From: an uncultured virus (IMG/VR IMGVR_UViG_3300042385_000739)
Lineage: Duplodnaviria > Heunggongvirae > Uroviricota > Caudoviricetes
Strand: one strand, 5' to 3'
Length of the DNA stretch: 64,000 nt
Virus record (IMG/VR): IMGVR_UViG_3300042385_000739
Coordinates: 1 to 64,000 of that record
In this document: piece after piece, positions 36,554 to 47,994 of the stretch
Position numbering within the stretch: position 1 is the stretch's first letter
Layout of the letters: each line of letters starts with the position of its first letter
The notes under the pieces: model-generated
The model's database searches: none
What the model saw: the letters and a program-made list of their open reading frames with translations, nothing else
Told to the model about the DNA's origin: nothing
Program-made: the position numbers and the translations under genes

Positions 36554-39500
36554 TTAATATATCGGGAATGCACTTGTTGGTGGTGTGAAGTTACTTGTAT
36601 AACGAGCATAACCTTTTGTTATTCTTAAATCGTCTATGTAGCCAGTGTAATAAAAATTACCGCCTACCATTTCATACCCAACTACTGCACCATTTTGAAT
36701 AAAGCTGGTACTATTAGTTGTTGATCCATTTAAAATCCCGTTTTGATAGATTGCCAGTGTAGTTCCGGATCGAACAACAGCAATGTGTGTCCAAGTGGTA
36801 AGAGATATTGCGTTAGTTGCTAATAAAAGTTGAGTAGTTTCATTGGTTACTCTTACTTTATTTGCATTACTAATTTGTATATGAAGGGCGTCTCCTGTAC
36901 CAGTTGTTGATGAAATAAACATTGCGCCAAAATTTTGATTTGTTGTAAGGTATAGCCAACCTTCAATTGTAAAATCTCCAGTGCCAAAAGCATATAGTGG
37001 ATTTGATCGTAAACTTAAATAATCCCCGGTACCATCAAAATACATACTACTCCCACCGAATTTACTTATTGCTGTACTTAGTTGTGCATTACCAACTGTT
37101 TCCATGTTATTCATCATTGCGGCATCGTATATACCAGCACTGGTCATATTAGTTAGTAGACTTGTGTTTTGTACTGCGGTTAAGGGTGCAGATGGTGGTA
37201 CAAAGTTACTGGTGTAAACTGCTGTACCCCTAACAATTCTTACATCTGACATATAACCTAAGGTAAAACCGCTACTACCGCCTCTTGAACCTATATATAC
37301 TGGTCTTGTAGCATCTCCTAATGTTCCGGAGAAAGTTAATGGAGTACCCACTGATACTCCGTCAATGTATAATGAGCAAGTTGTCCCCGATCTAACTGCG
37401 GCAACATGGTACCATCTATTTGCAACTGGAGTGGGCCCATTAACATATGATGCAGCACTACTCGGATAATATTGAAATGACGGGGCTATAAGAATAGTCC
37501 AATCAGGAGCCGCACTTGATACATAATTTGCAACTAAATCCTGTACACCAGCAACACTTGTAAAATATATCCAAAATTCTATAGTATAATTACCTGTGAA
37601 TTGAAATGCTGGATTTGCAGGTACACTCAAAGTATCTCCAGTACCATCAAAGTACCCACTACCGCCTATTGTACTAACCGTATAGCCATTTGTAGTTGCA
37701 CTAGTAAACCCGAATGGATTTTGTTGAGTTGGTTGACTATTACCAAATGCAGTGATTGTAAAGTTGTTTGTACTGTTATCTATAAATGTAGGTGATTGAC
37801 ATGTCAATAAACTTGTATTGGCAATTGCAGTTAGTGGACTTGTTGGAGGAGTAAATGCACCTGTGTATACTGCGGTACCTTTAACAATACGAATGTTTGA
37901 CAAATAGCCAATGATTGGATATACAGCATCAACTGTAAGACCAATTCGTAATGACCCAGTTGGACTTATGTTTGTTGAATTTGTAGTGCTTAATCCACTT
38001 ACACCATTTACATAGATAGATAAATTTGTTCCAGATCTAACTATAGCAACATGATTCCAAGCATTAATATTTATAGCAATACTGCTGGTTAAATCTGAGG
38101 TAATTAAAATATAAGGTTGATTACTAGAGTTAATAAGACATGCCCATGGACTTGCTGTTCCTGATGTTCTAGTATCCAAAACTGTTCTATAACTTCCGGA
38201 TACTGTTTGATAAATCCAATATTCAATTGTAAAATCACCAGTACCAAATTGATATGCCGCGTTTGCAGGAGCAGTTAAATAATCCCCACTACCATCAAAA
38301 TAACCACTATAACTTGTTGGGGTCAATGATGATGGATTGAATGGTGAGAAACGCTGTACCGAAACATCACCGTTCTTTGTGATAGTAAAGTTGTTTATAC
38401 TAGTATCTATTATACGATTACTTTGGCAGGTTAATAAACTTGTATTTGTGATAGGTGTTAGTGGTGTTGTGCTGGGTGTAAATGTAGTTGTATATAGTAT
38501 TGATTTGGTAACTCTAAAGTTACTGATATAACCATTAAATGAGCCATCACCGCCGGCATTGATTGTGCCTATGTCAAAATTTGAACCAGCAGAATATCCA
38601 CCGGCATATGTCCCGGAAGCATTTAAAGTTCCGTTAATAAAAACTTTGATATTGCCGCTACTGAATGTGCAAGCAAAATGTTGCCATTGATTTGCTGTAA
38701 CTGTAAATGTGGGATTATCACTGCCAGCCACTTTGCCAATTCTATTAGCAGGCCAGTTTCTCATAATGTCCCCTTCATTGGGCCCGCCATCAAATAACCC
38801 AATTACTGTGCTAGATAAAGGATATATCCAACATTCAATGGTAACATCACCGCTAGCAGTTAAAACCCCTGCTCCTGCTTTTCTTATATAATCACTAGCA
38901 CCATCAAAGTAGTTACTCCAGTTACCACCATAAGGACTAAATGTACCTTGAGTAGTATTACCCGCTCTTGTTACTAAAAAGTTATTTGTACTGTTATCTA
39001 AGAAAACACTATTATTTACTGATTGATTGTTTTGTAATACTAATAAACTTGTATTTGCTATTGCTGTTAATGGAGCAGAGGGTGGAGTGAAATCTGTAGT
39101 ATAAACACCTGTGCCTATTACAAACCTCATATCTGATAGATATCCAACAATACCGCCTGACCCACTGGAACTAACGCCTATATAAACTGCTGAAGCATTG
39201 TATGTTCCTGTACTTGCCGACGAGTACCCAGAAACACCATTAATAAACATTTTTAATGTTCCTGCGGTACGACTGATAGCAACATGATTCCAGGTATTAA
39301 CAGTAACTGTATTTGTTGTAGCAATATCAACCGGTAAATAAAAATGAACTGTGCCGTTGGCGGCAATATATATCTGCCCAAATATTGCAGTAACACTTGA
39401 TCTGAAATCAATAATCGCTGGCGTATTGGCCAATGTTGTTGGATATACCCAAAAGTCAATAGTAAAAGCACCTGTACCAAATTGTGCTGAATTTATTGGT

Positions 39501-41200
39501 ACATCTAGATAATCATTACCATCAAAGTATCCACTACCATATGTACTATAGCTACTGTTTGGTACAAAGGGATCAAATGAACTTATTAATGTATTGCCTA
39601 CAACTGTCAAAGTTTTTGGTGAAGAACTATTGTCAACAAAGGTATTTGATTGACAAGTCAATAATATTGTCCCACTGATCGCAGTCAATGGTGTGGTTGA
39701 TGGTGTGAACGCTGATGTGTAAACAGCAGTACCATTTACAATACGCAAATTAGAAATGTTGCCTAAATATTCTACACCTGTGCCGCTGTTATATAGTTCA
39801 TAACCGATGTAAGAAGCAGTACCACCAATGCTTATTGCACTAGTAGATGTACCTTGAACTACACCATTTACATAACCGGTTATAGTACTACCCGAGCGCA
39901 CAAATGCAACATGAGTCCATGAGTTAGCAACAACGCTTGTTCCTGTTCCAGTAAAAATTGCAGTATTACTTGCAAATAAATATAATTTTCCTGAAGTGTT
40001 TATTGCAAAGAGCCCGCCCGGACTGAATCTATCATCTCCCATGCATACAATTGGTCTTGTTGTTGCTAGGCTTCCAATATAAACCCATGCTTCTAATGTG
40101 AAATCACCAGTAAGACTAAAGTTTGAACCTGATAAAACAATTCTGTCTCCACTACCATCAAAGTAGTTGGAATAATAACCCGGTGTATATGGATTAAAAC
40201 TATTTGGCTTAGTGTCACCATTAATAGTCACCGCAAAGTTATTTGTACTAGCATCATCTACAAATGTTGTACTTGCACCCGGTATCAATAATGTGTTGTA
40301 CTCAAAGTAAGGATCATTCGCTACTGTAATACTCCAATTGATAGTTCTTACGGCACTACGATTTGTTGTTGCAGCCGTAGCTGTTAACAATGTACTACTA
40401 TCGGCAATAACAGTTGGTGTACCTGCTATATTAGAACCAGTTAAACTCAATCCAGTCGGCAATGCATTTGCACTATATGTAACATTATAACCAGCGGCAT
40501 CAGTAGCACTTAATGTTACATTGGCTATAGCACTATCTACAGCACTTGTATATGTTGTATTATTTGCTGGACTAACCCAAGTAACAGCATCAACATTGAT
40601 TGTTAAACTAAAACTTCTTGTACTATCTTGTAATTGTGCATCAGTTGCTTGTATCGTAAATGAATATGTTGTACTACTGCTATCAACAGGAGCTGTGCCA
40701 GTTATGACACCGTTAGCATATAATGTAGAACCAGTCGGTAATGATCCAGAATATAATGAATACGTGATTGGTGCATCACCTGAAGCTATAACAGTATTTG
40801 ATATACTTGTTGTTTCATAATAACTGCCTAATGTACCAGCACTTGTTGTCCATGTTGGTAATACACTATAGATAATACCGGGAATATATATTGCTGTACC
40901 ACCGTCTGGGTTTACAACATAGATTGTATATGTGCCTGCACTTTTTGCAGGACTTGTAAAAGTTAAACGATTAGCACTACTAAATGTTACTACTGCTACT
41001 GCACTACCATCAAATGTAATAGTTGCACCAGCTAAAAAGCCAGTACCATTAATCTGTACTGTTTGTCCGCCGGCTGGATCTAATGCTGTGTCATCTAACC
41101 CACCAACACTATATCCAGAGATAGTTGGCGGTAAAGGTTTTTGTGCGTTAACAAAACTTACACTGGTTACGGTGTCATTGATAACTGAGGTTATACTCAT
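36554..41200 (-). CDS. IPT/Ig-like plus six LamG/ConA-like domain protein, putative adhesin
   Basis: PAGGQTV.I.GTGF (IPT), LPTGL..G.I.GTP (Ig), then six YFDG.GD...FT.E.W.Y...W.H.A..R.G...RI..G.A.Y units. Confidence 0.85.
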   Translation of the reverse strand: MSITSVINDTVTSVSFVNAQKPLPPTISGYSVGGLDDTALDPAGGQTVQINGTGFLAGATITFDGSAVAVVTFSSANRLTFTSPAKSAGTYTIYVVNPDGGTAIYIPGIIYSVLPTWTTSAGTLGSYYETTSISNTVIASGDAPITYSLYSGSLPTGSTLYANGVITGTAPVDSSSTTYSFTIQATDAQLQDSTRSFSLTINVDAVTWVSPANNTTYTSAVDSAIANVTLSATDAAGYNVTYSANALPTGLSLTGSNIAGTPTVIADSSTLLTATAATTNRSAVRTINWSITVANDPYFEYNTLLIPGASTTFVDDASTNNFAVTINGDTKPNSFNPYTPGYYSNYFDGSGDRIVLSGSNFSLTGDFTLEAWVYIGSLATTRPIVCMGDDRFSPGGLFAINTSGKLYLFASNTAIFTGTGTSVVANSWTHVAFVRSGSTITGYVNGVVQGTSTSAISIGGTASYIGYELYNSGTGVEYLGNISNLRIVNGTAVYTSAFTPSTTPLTAISGTILLTCQSNTFVDNSSSPKTLTVVGNTLISSFDPFVPNSSYSTYGSGYFDGNDYLDVPINSAQFGTGAFTIDFWVYPTTLANTPAIIDFRSSVTAIFGQIYIAANGTVHFYLPVDIATTNTVTVNTWNHVAISRTAGTLKMFINGVSGYSSASTGTYNASAVYIGVSSSGSGGIVGYLSDMRFVIGTGVYTTDFTPPSAPLTAIANTSLLVLQNNQSVNNSVFLDNSTNNFLVTRAGNTTQGTFSPYGGNWSNYFDGASDYIRKAGAGVLTASGDVTIECWIYPLSSTVIGLFDGGPNEGDIMRNWPANRIGKVAGSDNPTFTVTANQWQHFACTFSSGNIKVFINGTLNASGTYAGGYSAGSNFDIGTINAGGDGSFNGYISNFRVTKSILYTTTFTPSTTPLTPITNTSLLTCQSNRIIDTSINNFTITKNGDVSVQRFSPFNPSSLTPTSYSGYFDGSGDYLTAPANAAYQFGTGDFTIEYWIYQTVSGSYRTVLDTRTSGTASPWACLINSSNQPYILITSDLTSSIAININAWNHVAIVRSGTNLSIYVNGVSGLSTTNSTNISPTGSLRIGLTVDAVYPIIGYLSNIRIVKGTAVYTGAFTPPTSPLTAIANTSLLTCQSPTFIDNSTNNFTITAFGNSQPTQQNPFGFTSATTNGYTVSTIGGSGYFDGTGDTLSVPANPAFQFTGNYTIEFWIYFTSVAGVQDLVANYVSSAAPDWTILIAPSFQYYPSSAASYVNGPTPVANRWYHVAAVRSGTTCSLYIDGVSVGTPLTFSGTLGDATRPVYIGSRGGSSGFTLGYMSDVRIVRGTAVYTSNFVPPSAPLTAVQNTSLLTNMTSAGIYDAAMMNNMETVGNAQLSTAISKFGGSSMYFDGTGDYLSLRSNPLYAFGTGDFTIEGWLYLTTNQNFGAMFISSTTGTGDALHIQISNANKVRVTNETTQLLLATNAISLTTWTHIAVVRSGTTLAIYQNGILNGSTTNSTSFIQNGAVVGYEMVGGNFYYTGYIDDLRITKGYARYTSNFTPPTSAFPIY

Positions 41201-41526
41201 GTTAATTCAGACCCAAATAAACTAAAACTTACAGTTGTTGTATTAGCTCTTACTGTTATTACATCTGTTGTAGCCAATGTAATACCAATAGTCATTGTAA
41301 TACTATCATTAGCATTTAAGTTACTATCGTATGAAATATATTGTGAAGCTCCAATTGATGCTCCGGCCGGTCTTACAGCAATACGAAATGTTGCGGCACT
41401 CGCTGCCTGATTACAAATTACGATTGTACTACATACTGCTGAAGTAGTTGCTGGTACTGTGTACAAATCTGTGTTTGTATTTGCTGCCGGGTTACTTTGC
41501 CCTAAAACTTTATATGTGATTGCCAT
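41197..41526 (-). CDS. Small beta-rich virion protein, putative adaptor
   Basis: 109 aa, MAITYKVLGQ...LYTVP...FSLFGSE; sits between a fibre gene and a LamG gene. Confidence 0.6.
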   Translation of the reverse strand: MAITYKVLGQSNPAANTNTDLYTVPATTSAVCSTIVICNQAASAATFRIAVRPAGASIGASQYISYDSNLNANDSITMTIGITLATTDVITVRANTTTVSFSLFGSELT

Positions 41527-41535
41527 GTTATTTCC

Positions 41536-44500
41536 TTATGCTCCCATTAACAAGAATGGACTTAATAAATCTTGCGCTGTTATTCCACCACCACCGCCAC
41601 CGTTACTAGAAGTAAATGTTGTTACTTCAATAGGTGCTGTATTTGCCGGTGCAGAACTAAACGTGATTATGTTACCTGTTAATGAATATACTGTTCTTGG
41701 CTGGAACAAACCAGCAAGACTTACAAGTGTGCAATTTATGTTTGCCGGTGTAGTTGATAGGGTAAAACTTGTTTGTACCCCATTACCAGTAAAGTTATCT
41801 ACACCGATACTTGTACTTGATCCTATTACCCAATTTAGATTGCCGGCGCCATCGGTGCTTAATACATATGTATTTGAACCACCGGTTATGTGTAAATTAC
41901 TTACATTTCCTAAACTTACATTAGCACCACTAAGTGCTACATTACCAGTAGTATTCAATGTACCGGCAACATTAACACCGGTACCGGTAATTACCATATT
42001 TGTATTACCAACTGCAGTAAAATTGATATTGCCGTTTGCTGTTGGGATATTTACGTTACTGTTTCCATTACTAATACTACTTCCGCCGCCACCGCCCCCT
42101 GTTTGTGCTACCCAAGAAAGATTACCTGAACCATCTGTACTTAATACATATGCATTTGTACCACCTGATATGTGTAGGTTACCTACTGCGCCTAACGTGA
42201 CGTTAGCTGTAGTTGTAAAATCAACTATACCGGTTGCATTGCTTATTGTTAAGCCAGTTAAACTGCCAACTGATGTAATATTTGGTTGTGCATTTGTATA
42301 TACAGTACCTGAGATTAATGCATTAGCTACTTGACCAGAGACATTTGCACCTGCTACGCTATTAGCAGTTGATGCAAATGTTGCTAAATTAGCTGTTCCG
42401 TAGAGAGTACCAATAAAGAAATTAGCTGTTACTGCATTACCTAAGTTAGCATTACCAGATGTAATATTACCAGTAACTGCTAAACTTGTTAATGTACCAG
42501 TACTAGTAATATTTGGCTGTGCATTTGTATATACTGTGCCTGCTACTAATGCATTAGCTACTTGACCAGAGACATTACCGCCGGCTACACTGTTTGCAGT
42601 TGATGCAAATGTTGCTAAATTAGCTGTTCCGTAGAGAGTACCTACAAAGAAATTAGCTGTTACTGCATTACCTAAGTTAGCATTACCAGATGTAATATTA
42701 CCGCTAGCAGTAAATGTATTAGCTGAAACAACATTTACATTGCTGATGTTACCACCACTACCCGTAGTTGATAAATTAGCTACTGTAGTATTACCACTTA
42801 CATTTAATGTACCGGCAATATTTGCACCTGTGCCAGTTACAACTAATATATTGGCATTACCGGCTACGCTTGTGTTGACGTTTCCGTTTGCAGTTACCGT
42901 TACATTACTATTCCCATTTACAATTGTATTACCTGCACTTACAATAATACCTGTTAATAAACTACCGTTACCACTAAAGAAATTAGCTGTTGCTAAGTTA
43001 CCTAAGTTAGCATTACCGGCTGTTATGTTACCAGTTACTGCTAAACTTGTTAACGTACCAGTACTAGTAATATTTGGTTGTGCATTTGTATATACAGTAC
43101 CTGAGATTAATGCATTAGCTACTTGCCCAGAGACATTTGCACCCTGAATATTACTTAAATTATTTCCTGATCCAATAAAGAAATTAGCTGTAACAGCATT
43201 TCCTAAATTGGCGTTACCTGCAGTTATGTTGCCGGACGCAATGAATGTGTTTGCTGAGATGACATTAACATTAGATACATTACCACCCGAACCACTTGTG
43301 ATTAAGTTCCCGACTGTTGTATTACCTGTTACATTTAATGTACCGGCTACATTAACGCCTGTGCCAGTTACAACTAATATGTTTGCATTACCGATTGCAC
43401 TAAAGTTTATATTACCATTAGCACTTGGTATACTAATATTACTATTACCATTTGCTACACCAGAAGATGTAATTCCAGTTAAATAGATACCATTACCTGT
43501 AAAGAAATTAGCTGTGACTGTGTTGCCTAAATTAGCATTGCCAGATGTAATATTACCCGTAACTGATAAACTTGTTAACGTACCAGTACTAGTAATATTT
43601 GGTTGTGCATTAGTTGTTACTGTGCCGGCGGTAGTTGCTGTTATTGTTCCTGTTATATTTGCGGCAGCTACACTATTTGCTGTTGTAGCATAAGATACTG
43701 CTCCGGTTACATTAGCTCCGGCTATGGCATTTAATCCAGATCCATTACCAGTAAATACACCGGTATTAGCAGTGACGTTTGCGGCAGTTATATTACCATT
43801 TACTGATAAACCTGTTAATGTTCCTAAACTTGTGATTTGTGTTTGACTAGCATTGACACTAAATGTAGTACCGGTTAATGTTAGACCAGTACCTGCTTGA
43901 TATGTACCAGCACCGGAAAACTGAGTGAATTCAATATTATTGCCAGGAGTACCAATTGCACTAATTGTGCTTGTTTGTACCCAACCGGTATTGTCATATA
44001 GTGTACCACCTATACAGAATACAAAATCACCGGCTTCTACTTCCGGTACACTGTTGTAATCAGCGGCACGTGTAATAGCAGTAACATTACTCCAAGTATA
44101 GATACCATTAAAAACTGCATTAGCTTCATTTTTTACTAAAATACGAGTACCACTAGTTTGTACATTTACTCCATCTATTAAGTTGAAAATACCAGTGGTA
44201 GTTAAAGTTGCACCTACACCACTAGAGCCGTTATTGTATGTTATCGTTCCACCAGTAATAGTTGCTAATGTATCTGGTGTTGCGGCTGCTACTGAATCGT
44301 GTACGTTTAGTCCTTGGGCAACGTCATCAACATATTGTTTTGTTGCGGCATCAGTACTTGCAACCGGTGTCGCAAGATTTGTAATATTGAAGCTGTTCAT
44401 ATTGACGTTTGCGCCAAATGAACCTGATCCTGATACTGTTATACTAGTTAAAGTACCGGTACTTGTTATATTTGGCTGTGAGGCTGTCGTTAACGAACCA

Positions 44501-45741
44501 CTTAATGTTGTTGCAGTAACACCGGTTACACCTAAATTACCTAGATTAGCGTTACCAGTAACATTTAATGTACCGGCAACATTAACACCGGTACCGGTAA
44601 TTACCATATTTGTATTACCAACAGCAGTAAAATTAATATTACCATTAGAGCTTGGTATATTTATATTACTATTGCCGTTTGATAATCCAGCAGTTGTTAT
44701 TCCTGTTAAATATACACCATTACCGGTAAAAAAGTTAGCTGATACATTATTACCCAAGTTAGCATTACCCGCAGTGATATTACCACTAGCAATAAATGTA
44801 TTAGCTGAGATAACATTAGCATTGCCAATATTACCGCCTGAACCAGATGTAACAATATTGCCAACTGTAGCATTACCTGTTACTGTTAAACTACTTAATG
44901 TGCCGACTGATGTAATATTTGGCTGTGCATTTGTATATACTGTCCCGGATATTAATGCATTACCTACTTGACCAGAAACATTAGCACCAGCGACTGCATT
45001 TGCAGTAGTTGCATATGTTGCTAGATTAGCTGTTCCGTAGAAATTACCAATGAAGTAGTTAGCGGTTACTGCATTGCCAAGATTAGCATTGCTAGCTGTA
45101 ATATTACCACTAGCAGTAAATGTATTAGCGGAAACAACATTTACATTACTGATGTTACCACCACTACCTGTAGTTGATAAATTAGCTACAGTGGTATTAC
45201 CACTTACATTTAATGTGCCGGCTACGTTAACACCTGTACCAGTTACGACTACAATATTAGAATTACCCACAGCACTCATTGTAATATTGCCATTTGCAGT
45301 AGCAATACTTACATTACTATTGCCATTGCTAATATTACTTGTAGAACCTGAACTTACGGTAGACCAACTTAATATACCTGCACCATCGGTTTGTAGATAT
45401 TGACCATTAGATCCACCTGTAATATGTACATTTGCAACTGGGCCTAATGCTACATTACTTGCCCCGGTTAAATCAGCAGTACCAGTTGAAGTCAAACCAG
45501 TTAGAGTACCTACACTTGTAATATTTGGTTGTGCATTTGTATATACAGTACCTGAAATTAGAGCATTAGCTACTTGGCCAGATACGTTACTACCCTGAAT
45601 ATTACTTAAATTATTACCTGAACCAATAAAGAAATTTGCAGTTGCCGCGTTACCCAAATTAGCATTATCTGTGAAAATATTGGCAAAGGTGTAGTTAGCG
45701 GTTGCATCTAAATTAAACGGTTGTAACTTTGTAATTGCCAT
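41536..45741 (-). CDS. Long fibre-like structural protein, 1401 aa
   Basis: NAQPNITS and SNGNSNV repeats, DAATKQYVD fibre motif, C-terminal DNFTGNGVQT domain. Confidence 0.78.
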   Translation of the reverse strand: MAITKLQPFNLDATANYTFANIFTDNANLGNAATANFFIGSGNNLSNIQGSNVSGQVANALISGTVYTNAQPNITSVGTLTGLTSTGTADLTGASNVALGPVANVHITGGSNGQYLQTDGAGILSWSTVSSGSTSNISNGNSNVSIATANGNITMSAVGNSNIVVVTGTGVNVAGTLNVSGNTTVANLSTTGSGGNISNVNVVSANTFTASGNITASNANLGNAVTANYFIGNFYGTANLATYATTANAVAGANVSGQVGNALISGTVYTNAQPNITSVGTLSSLTVTGNATVGNIVTSGSGGNIGNANVISANTFIASGNITAGNANLGNNVSANFFTGNGVYLTGITTAGLSNGNSNINIPSSNGNINFTAVGNTNMVITGTGVNVAGTLNVTGNANLGNLGVTGVTATTLSGSLTTASQPNITSTGTLTSITVSGSGSFGANVNMNSFNITNLATPVASTDAATKQYVDDVAQGLNVHDSVAAATPDTLATITGGTITYNNGSSGVGATLTTTGIFNLIDGVNVQTSGTRILVKNEANAVFNGIYTWSNVTAITRAADYNSVPEVEAGDFVFCIGGTLYDNTGWVQTSTISAIGTPGNNIEFTQFSGAGTYQAGTGLTLTGTTFSVNASQTQITSLGTLTGLSVNGNITAANVTANTGVFTGNGSGLNAIAGANVTGAVSYATTANSVAAANITGTITATTAGTVTTNAQPNITSTGTLTSLSVTGNITSGNANLGNTVTANFFTGNGIYLTGITSSGVANGNSNISIPSANGNINFSAIGNANILVVTGTGVNVAGTLNVTGNTTVGNLITSGSGGNVSNVNVISANTFIASGNITAGNANLGNAVTANFFIGSGNNLSNIQGANVSGQVANALISGTVYTNAQPNITSTGTLTSLAVTGNITAGNANLGNLATANFFSGNGSLLTGIIVSAGNTIVNGNSNVTVTANGNVNTSVAGNANILVVTGTGANIAGTLNVSGNTTVANLSTTGSGGNISNVNVVSANTFTASGNITSGNANLGNAVTANFFVGTLYGTANLATFASTANSVAGGNVSGQVANALVAGTVYTNAQPNITSTGTLTSLAVTGNITSGNANLGNAVTANFFIGTLYGTANLATFASTANSVAGANVSGQVANALISGTVYTNAQPNITSVGSLTGLTISNATGIVDFTTTANVTLGAVGNLHISGGTNAYVLSTDGSGNLSWVAQTGGGGGGSSISNGNSNVNIPTANGNINFTAVGNTNMVITGTGVNVAGTLNTTGNVALSGANVSLGNVSNLHITGGSNTYVLSTDGAGNLNWVIGSSTSIGVDNFTGNGVQTSFTLSTTPANINCTLVSLAGLFQPRTVYSLTGNIITFSSAPANTAPIEVTTFTSSNGGGGGGITAQDLLSPFLLMGA

Positions 45742-45772
45742 GTAGTAAATCTCTTAATATAATCTATCTATG

Positions 45773-45780
45773 TATTTAAT
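45773..45780 (-). promoter_or_regulatory. T4-like late promoter (ATTAAATA)
   Basis: Intergenic TAAATA core upstream of ATG 45741. Confidence 0.45.
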
Positions 45781-45799
45781 CCAATTTAATCTATAAAGT

Positions 45800-46153
45800 T
45801 TATGCTGTTATTTCAATCCAAGCAGTAGTATCTTCATCCCAACTATAGATTTTATCATCAGTTGGCATTGGTGTAGGCGCTTCATACAAACAACTAGTTT
45901 CATTTAATACCCAACTGTTAAAGGGTTTAGGTGGTATAAATGCATCTCTAGTACTATCATATGTATAGCCTATACCTGCATAATTTTTACGTAATGGTGT
46001 ACCACCTAATAAGTGTACACCACCCGATGTGTTATAGCTTGTTTGAATCCAGCTATTTGGATCACCGAATAGACCAGTATCTACTACATCTTGTTCTATT
46101 ACGATTACCTGTGTTACGATGTTATTTTCATCTATTTGTGCAAAATGACTCAT
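45800..46153 (-). CDS. Phage hypothetical protein following the glycine-rich genes
   Basis: 117 aa, MSHFA...WIQTSYN...LRKNYAGIGYTYD..RDAFIPPKP; AAGGA RBS. Confidence 0.7.
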   Translation of the reverse strand: MSHFAQIDENNIVTQVIVIEQDVVDTGLFGDPNSWIQTSYNTSGGVHLLGGTPLRKNYAGIGYTYDSTRDAFIPPKPFNSWVLNETSCLYEAPTPMPTDDKIYSWDEDTTAWIEITA

Positions 46154-46170
46154 TGTTTATTTTCCTTTAA

Positions 46171-47073
46171 TTAAAATGTTATTGAACCTGAACTGGTCCA
46201 TTGATATACTCTATATCCACCTGCAGTTGTTATTGTTGGGCTACCAGTTGTTGTTGTTGCGGCTGCAAATGTGTCTGCATAGCGAATGATTACGATGCCG
46301 GAACCACCAGCTGATCCGTTAGCCGATGATCTACCATTACCTCCACCGCCACCACCGGTATTTGCAGTGCCGGCTGTAGTGCCACCGTTCTCTCCTCCAC
46401 CGGTTCCACCTCCACCGGTTCCACCTGCTGCACCAATATTGTTTCCGCTACCTCCACCACCACCTGCATAGTAAGTACTTGTACCACTAATTGAACTAGC
46501 TAAACCAATACCACCGGCTCCACCATTAACACTAGTAGGTGCGGCTGTACCTACAGCACCTGCACCGCCACCACCTCCTCCGGCGTCTGCACCATTAGCT
46601 AACCAACCATTACCGCCGTTATTACCTTGACTAGGGCTTGTTGAAGGTGTGTTACCTAAACCACCTGTTGCGCCTGAATTTCTTTGTGCGCCACCGCCAC
46701 CAGAACCACCATTACCACCAGGACTTCCGTATTCAGTGCTACTATTTGCAGAAGAACCATAACCTCCACCTGCTGAGGTAATAGATGAAAACACAGAAGG
46801 GTTTCCGTTGTTTCCACCAGCAGAATATGTAGATGTAGAACCTGCGCCACCTGCACCCACTGTTACAGTTATTGCGGAACCTGAAGAAACAGCAAAATCA
46901 ACAGCAGTTCTATAACCACCGGCACCTCCGCCACCTCCGCCACCGCCTCCCTTACCGCCGCCGCCGCCGCCAGCAACTACTAGATATTCAACAGTAGGTG
47001 TAATTGACGGGCCATCACTACCAAGTATATTCCATCCACCTGTTATTGTTACGCCTGAAAAAGTTATTGCCAT
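46171..47073 (-). CDS. Glycine-rich domain protein, putative adhesin
   Basis: VEYLVVAGGG...GGSGIVIIRY framework with many GGG runs. Confidence 0.75.
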   Translation of the reverse strand: MAITFSGVTITGGWNILGSDGPSITPTVEYLVVAGGGGGGKGGGGGGGGGAGGYRTAVDFAVSSGSAITVTVGAGGAGSTSTYSAGGNNGNPSVFSSITSAGGGYGSSANSSTEYGSPGGNGGSGGGGAQRNSGATGGLGNTPSTSPSQGNNGGNGWLANGADAGGGGGGAGAVGTAAPTSVNGGAGGIGLASSISGTSTYYAGGGGGSGNNIGAAGGTGGGGTGGGENGGTTAGTANTGGGGGGNGRSSANGSAGGSGIVIIRYADTFAAATTTTGSPTITTAGGYRVYQWTSSGSITF

Positions 47074-47081
47074 TTTATACC

Positions 47082-47993
47082 TTAAAACGTTATCGACCCA
47101 CTACTAGTCCATTTATACACTCTATATCCACCTGATACAGTTATTGTTGGGCTACCGGTTGTACTTACGGCGGGGTCAAATGTATCTGCATAACGAATAA
47201 TTACAATACCGGAGCCACCTCCGCCCCCATCTACTGTACTACCACCTCCGCCACCACCGCCGCCGGTATTTGGTGTACCTGCAACGGCTGATGCTCCTTG
47301 ATAAGTGCCGCCGGCGCCACCGCCACCATTTCCGCCTGAGGATACGACCCCGTCTTTACCACCGCCGCCACCACCTGCATAGTATGTTGATGTTCCTGAA
47401 ATACTTGATGCTAAACCTACGGCGCCAGGGGATGCAACTTGTGAACCCGCTGTAGTGCCGGCGGCTCCGGCGCCGCCACCGGATGATCCATAAGTAGTAC
47501 CACCGCTACCACCACCATTATTACCTTGTCCTGCTGTACCTGTACCACCTGAATAACCTGCATAAGAAGATCCGCCACCACTTCCGCCGTTATTACCATT
47601 ACTACTAGCACTTCTGGATGCTCCCCCGCCTCCACCGACTGAAGTTATTGTCCCGAAAACAGAATTAGAACCATTGCCGGAATTAACCGAAATACTTCCA
47701 GATGATGTTCCACCTGCACCCACTGTTACAGTAATAGGCGAACCAGAAGTAACTGAAAGACCGGTAGCTGTTCTATAACCACCTGCGCCACCGCCACCGC
47801 CATAGTAGCCGTAGCCGCCGGCGCCGCCACCTGCAACTACTAGATATTCTACCGCCGAGGTTTTAGAAGTAGGCCAATTACCAGATTGCGTAGCTTGCAT
47901 CTGTTGACTTGTATTAAAAAATCCAGATGCTGAGATAGCATTAGTAACAACTTGGGTAGCAGATATTACACCACCATAATATCTTTTAACCAT
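47082..47993 (-). CDS. Glycine-rich domain protein, paralogue of 46171-47073
   Basis: Same framework; both end WTSSGSITF. Confidence 0.75.
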   Translation of the reverse strand: MVKRYYGGVISATQVVTNAISASGFFNTSQQMQATQSGNWPTSKTSAVEYLVVAGGGAGGYGYYGGGGGAGGYRTATGLSVTSGSPITVTVGAGGTSSGSISVNSGNGSNSVFGTITSVGGGGGASRSASSNGNNGGSGGGSSYAGYSGGTGTAGQGNNGGGSGGTTYGSSGGGAGAAGTTAGSQVASPGAVGLASSISGTSTYYAGGGGGGKDGVVSSGGNGGGGAGGTYQGASAVAGTPNTGGGGGGGGSTVDGGGGGSGIVIIRYADTFDPAVSTTGSPTITVSGGYRVYKWTSSGSITF

Positions 47994-47994
47994 T

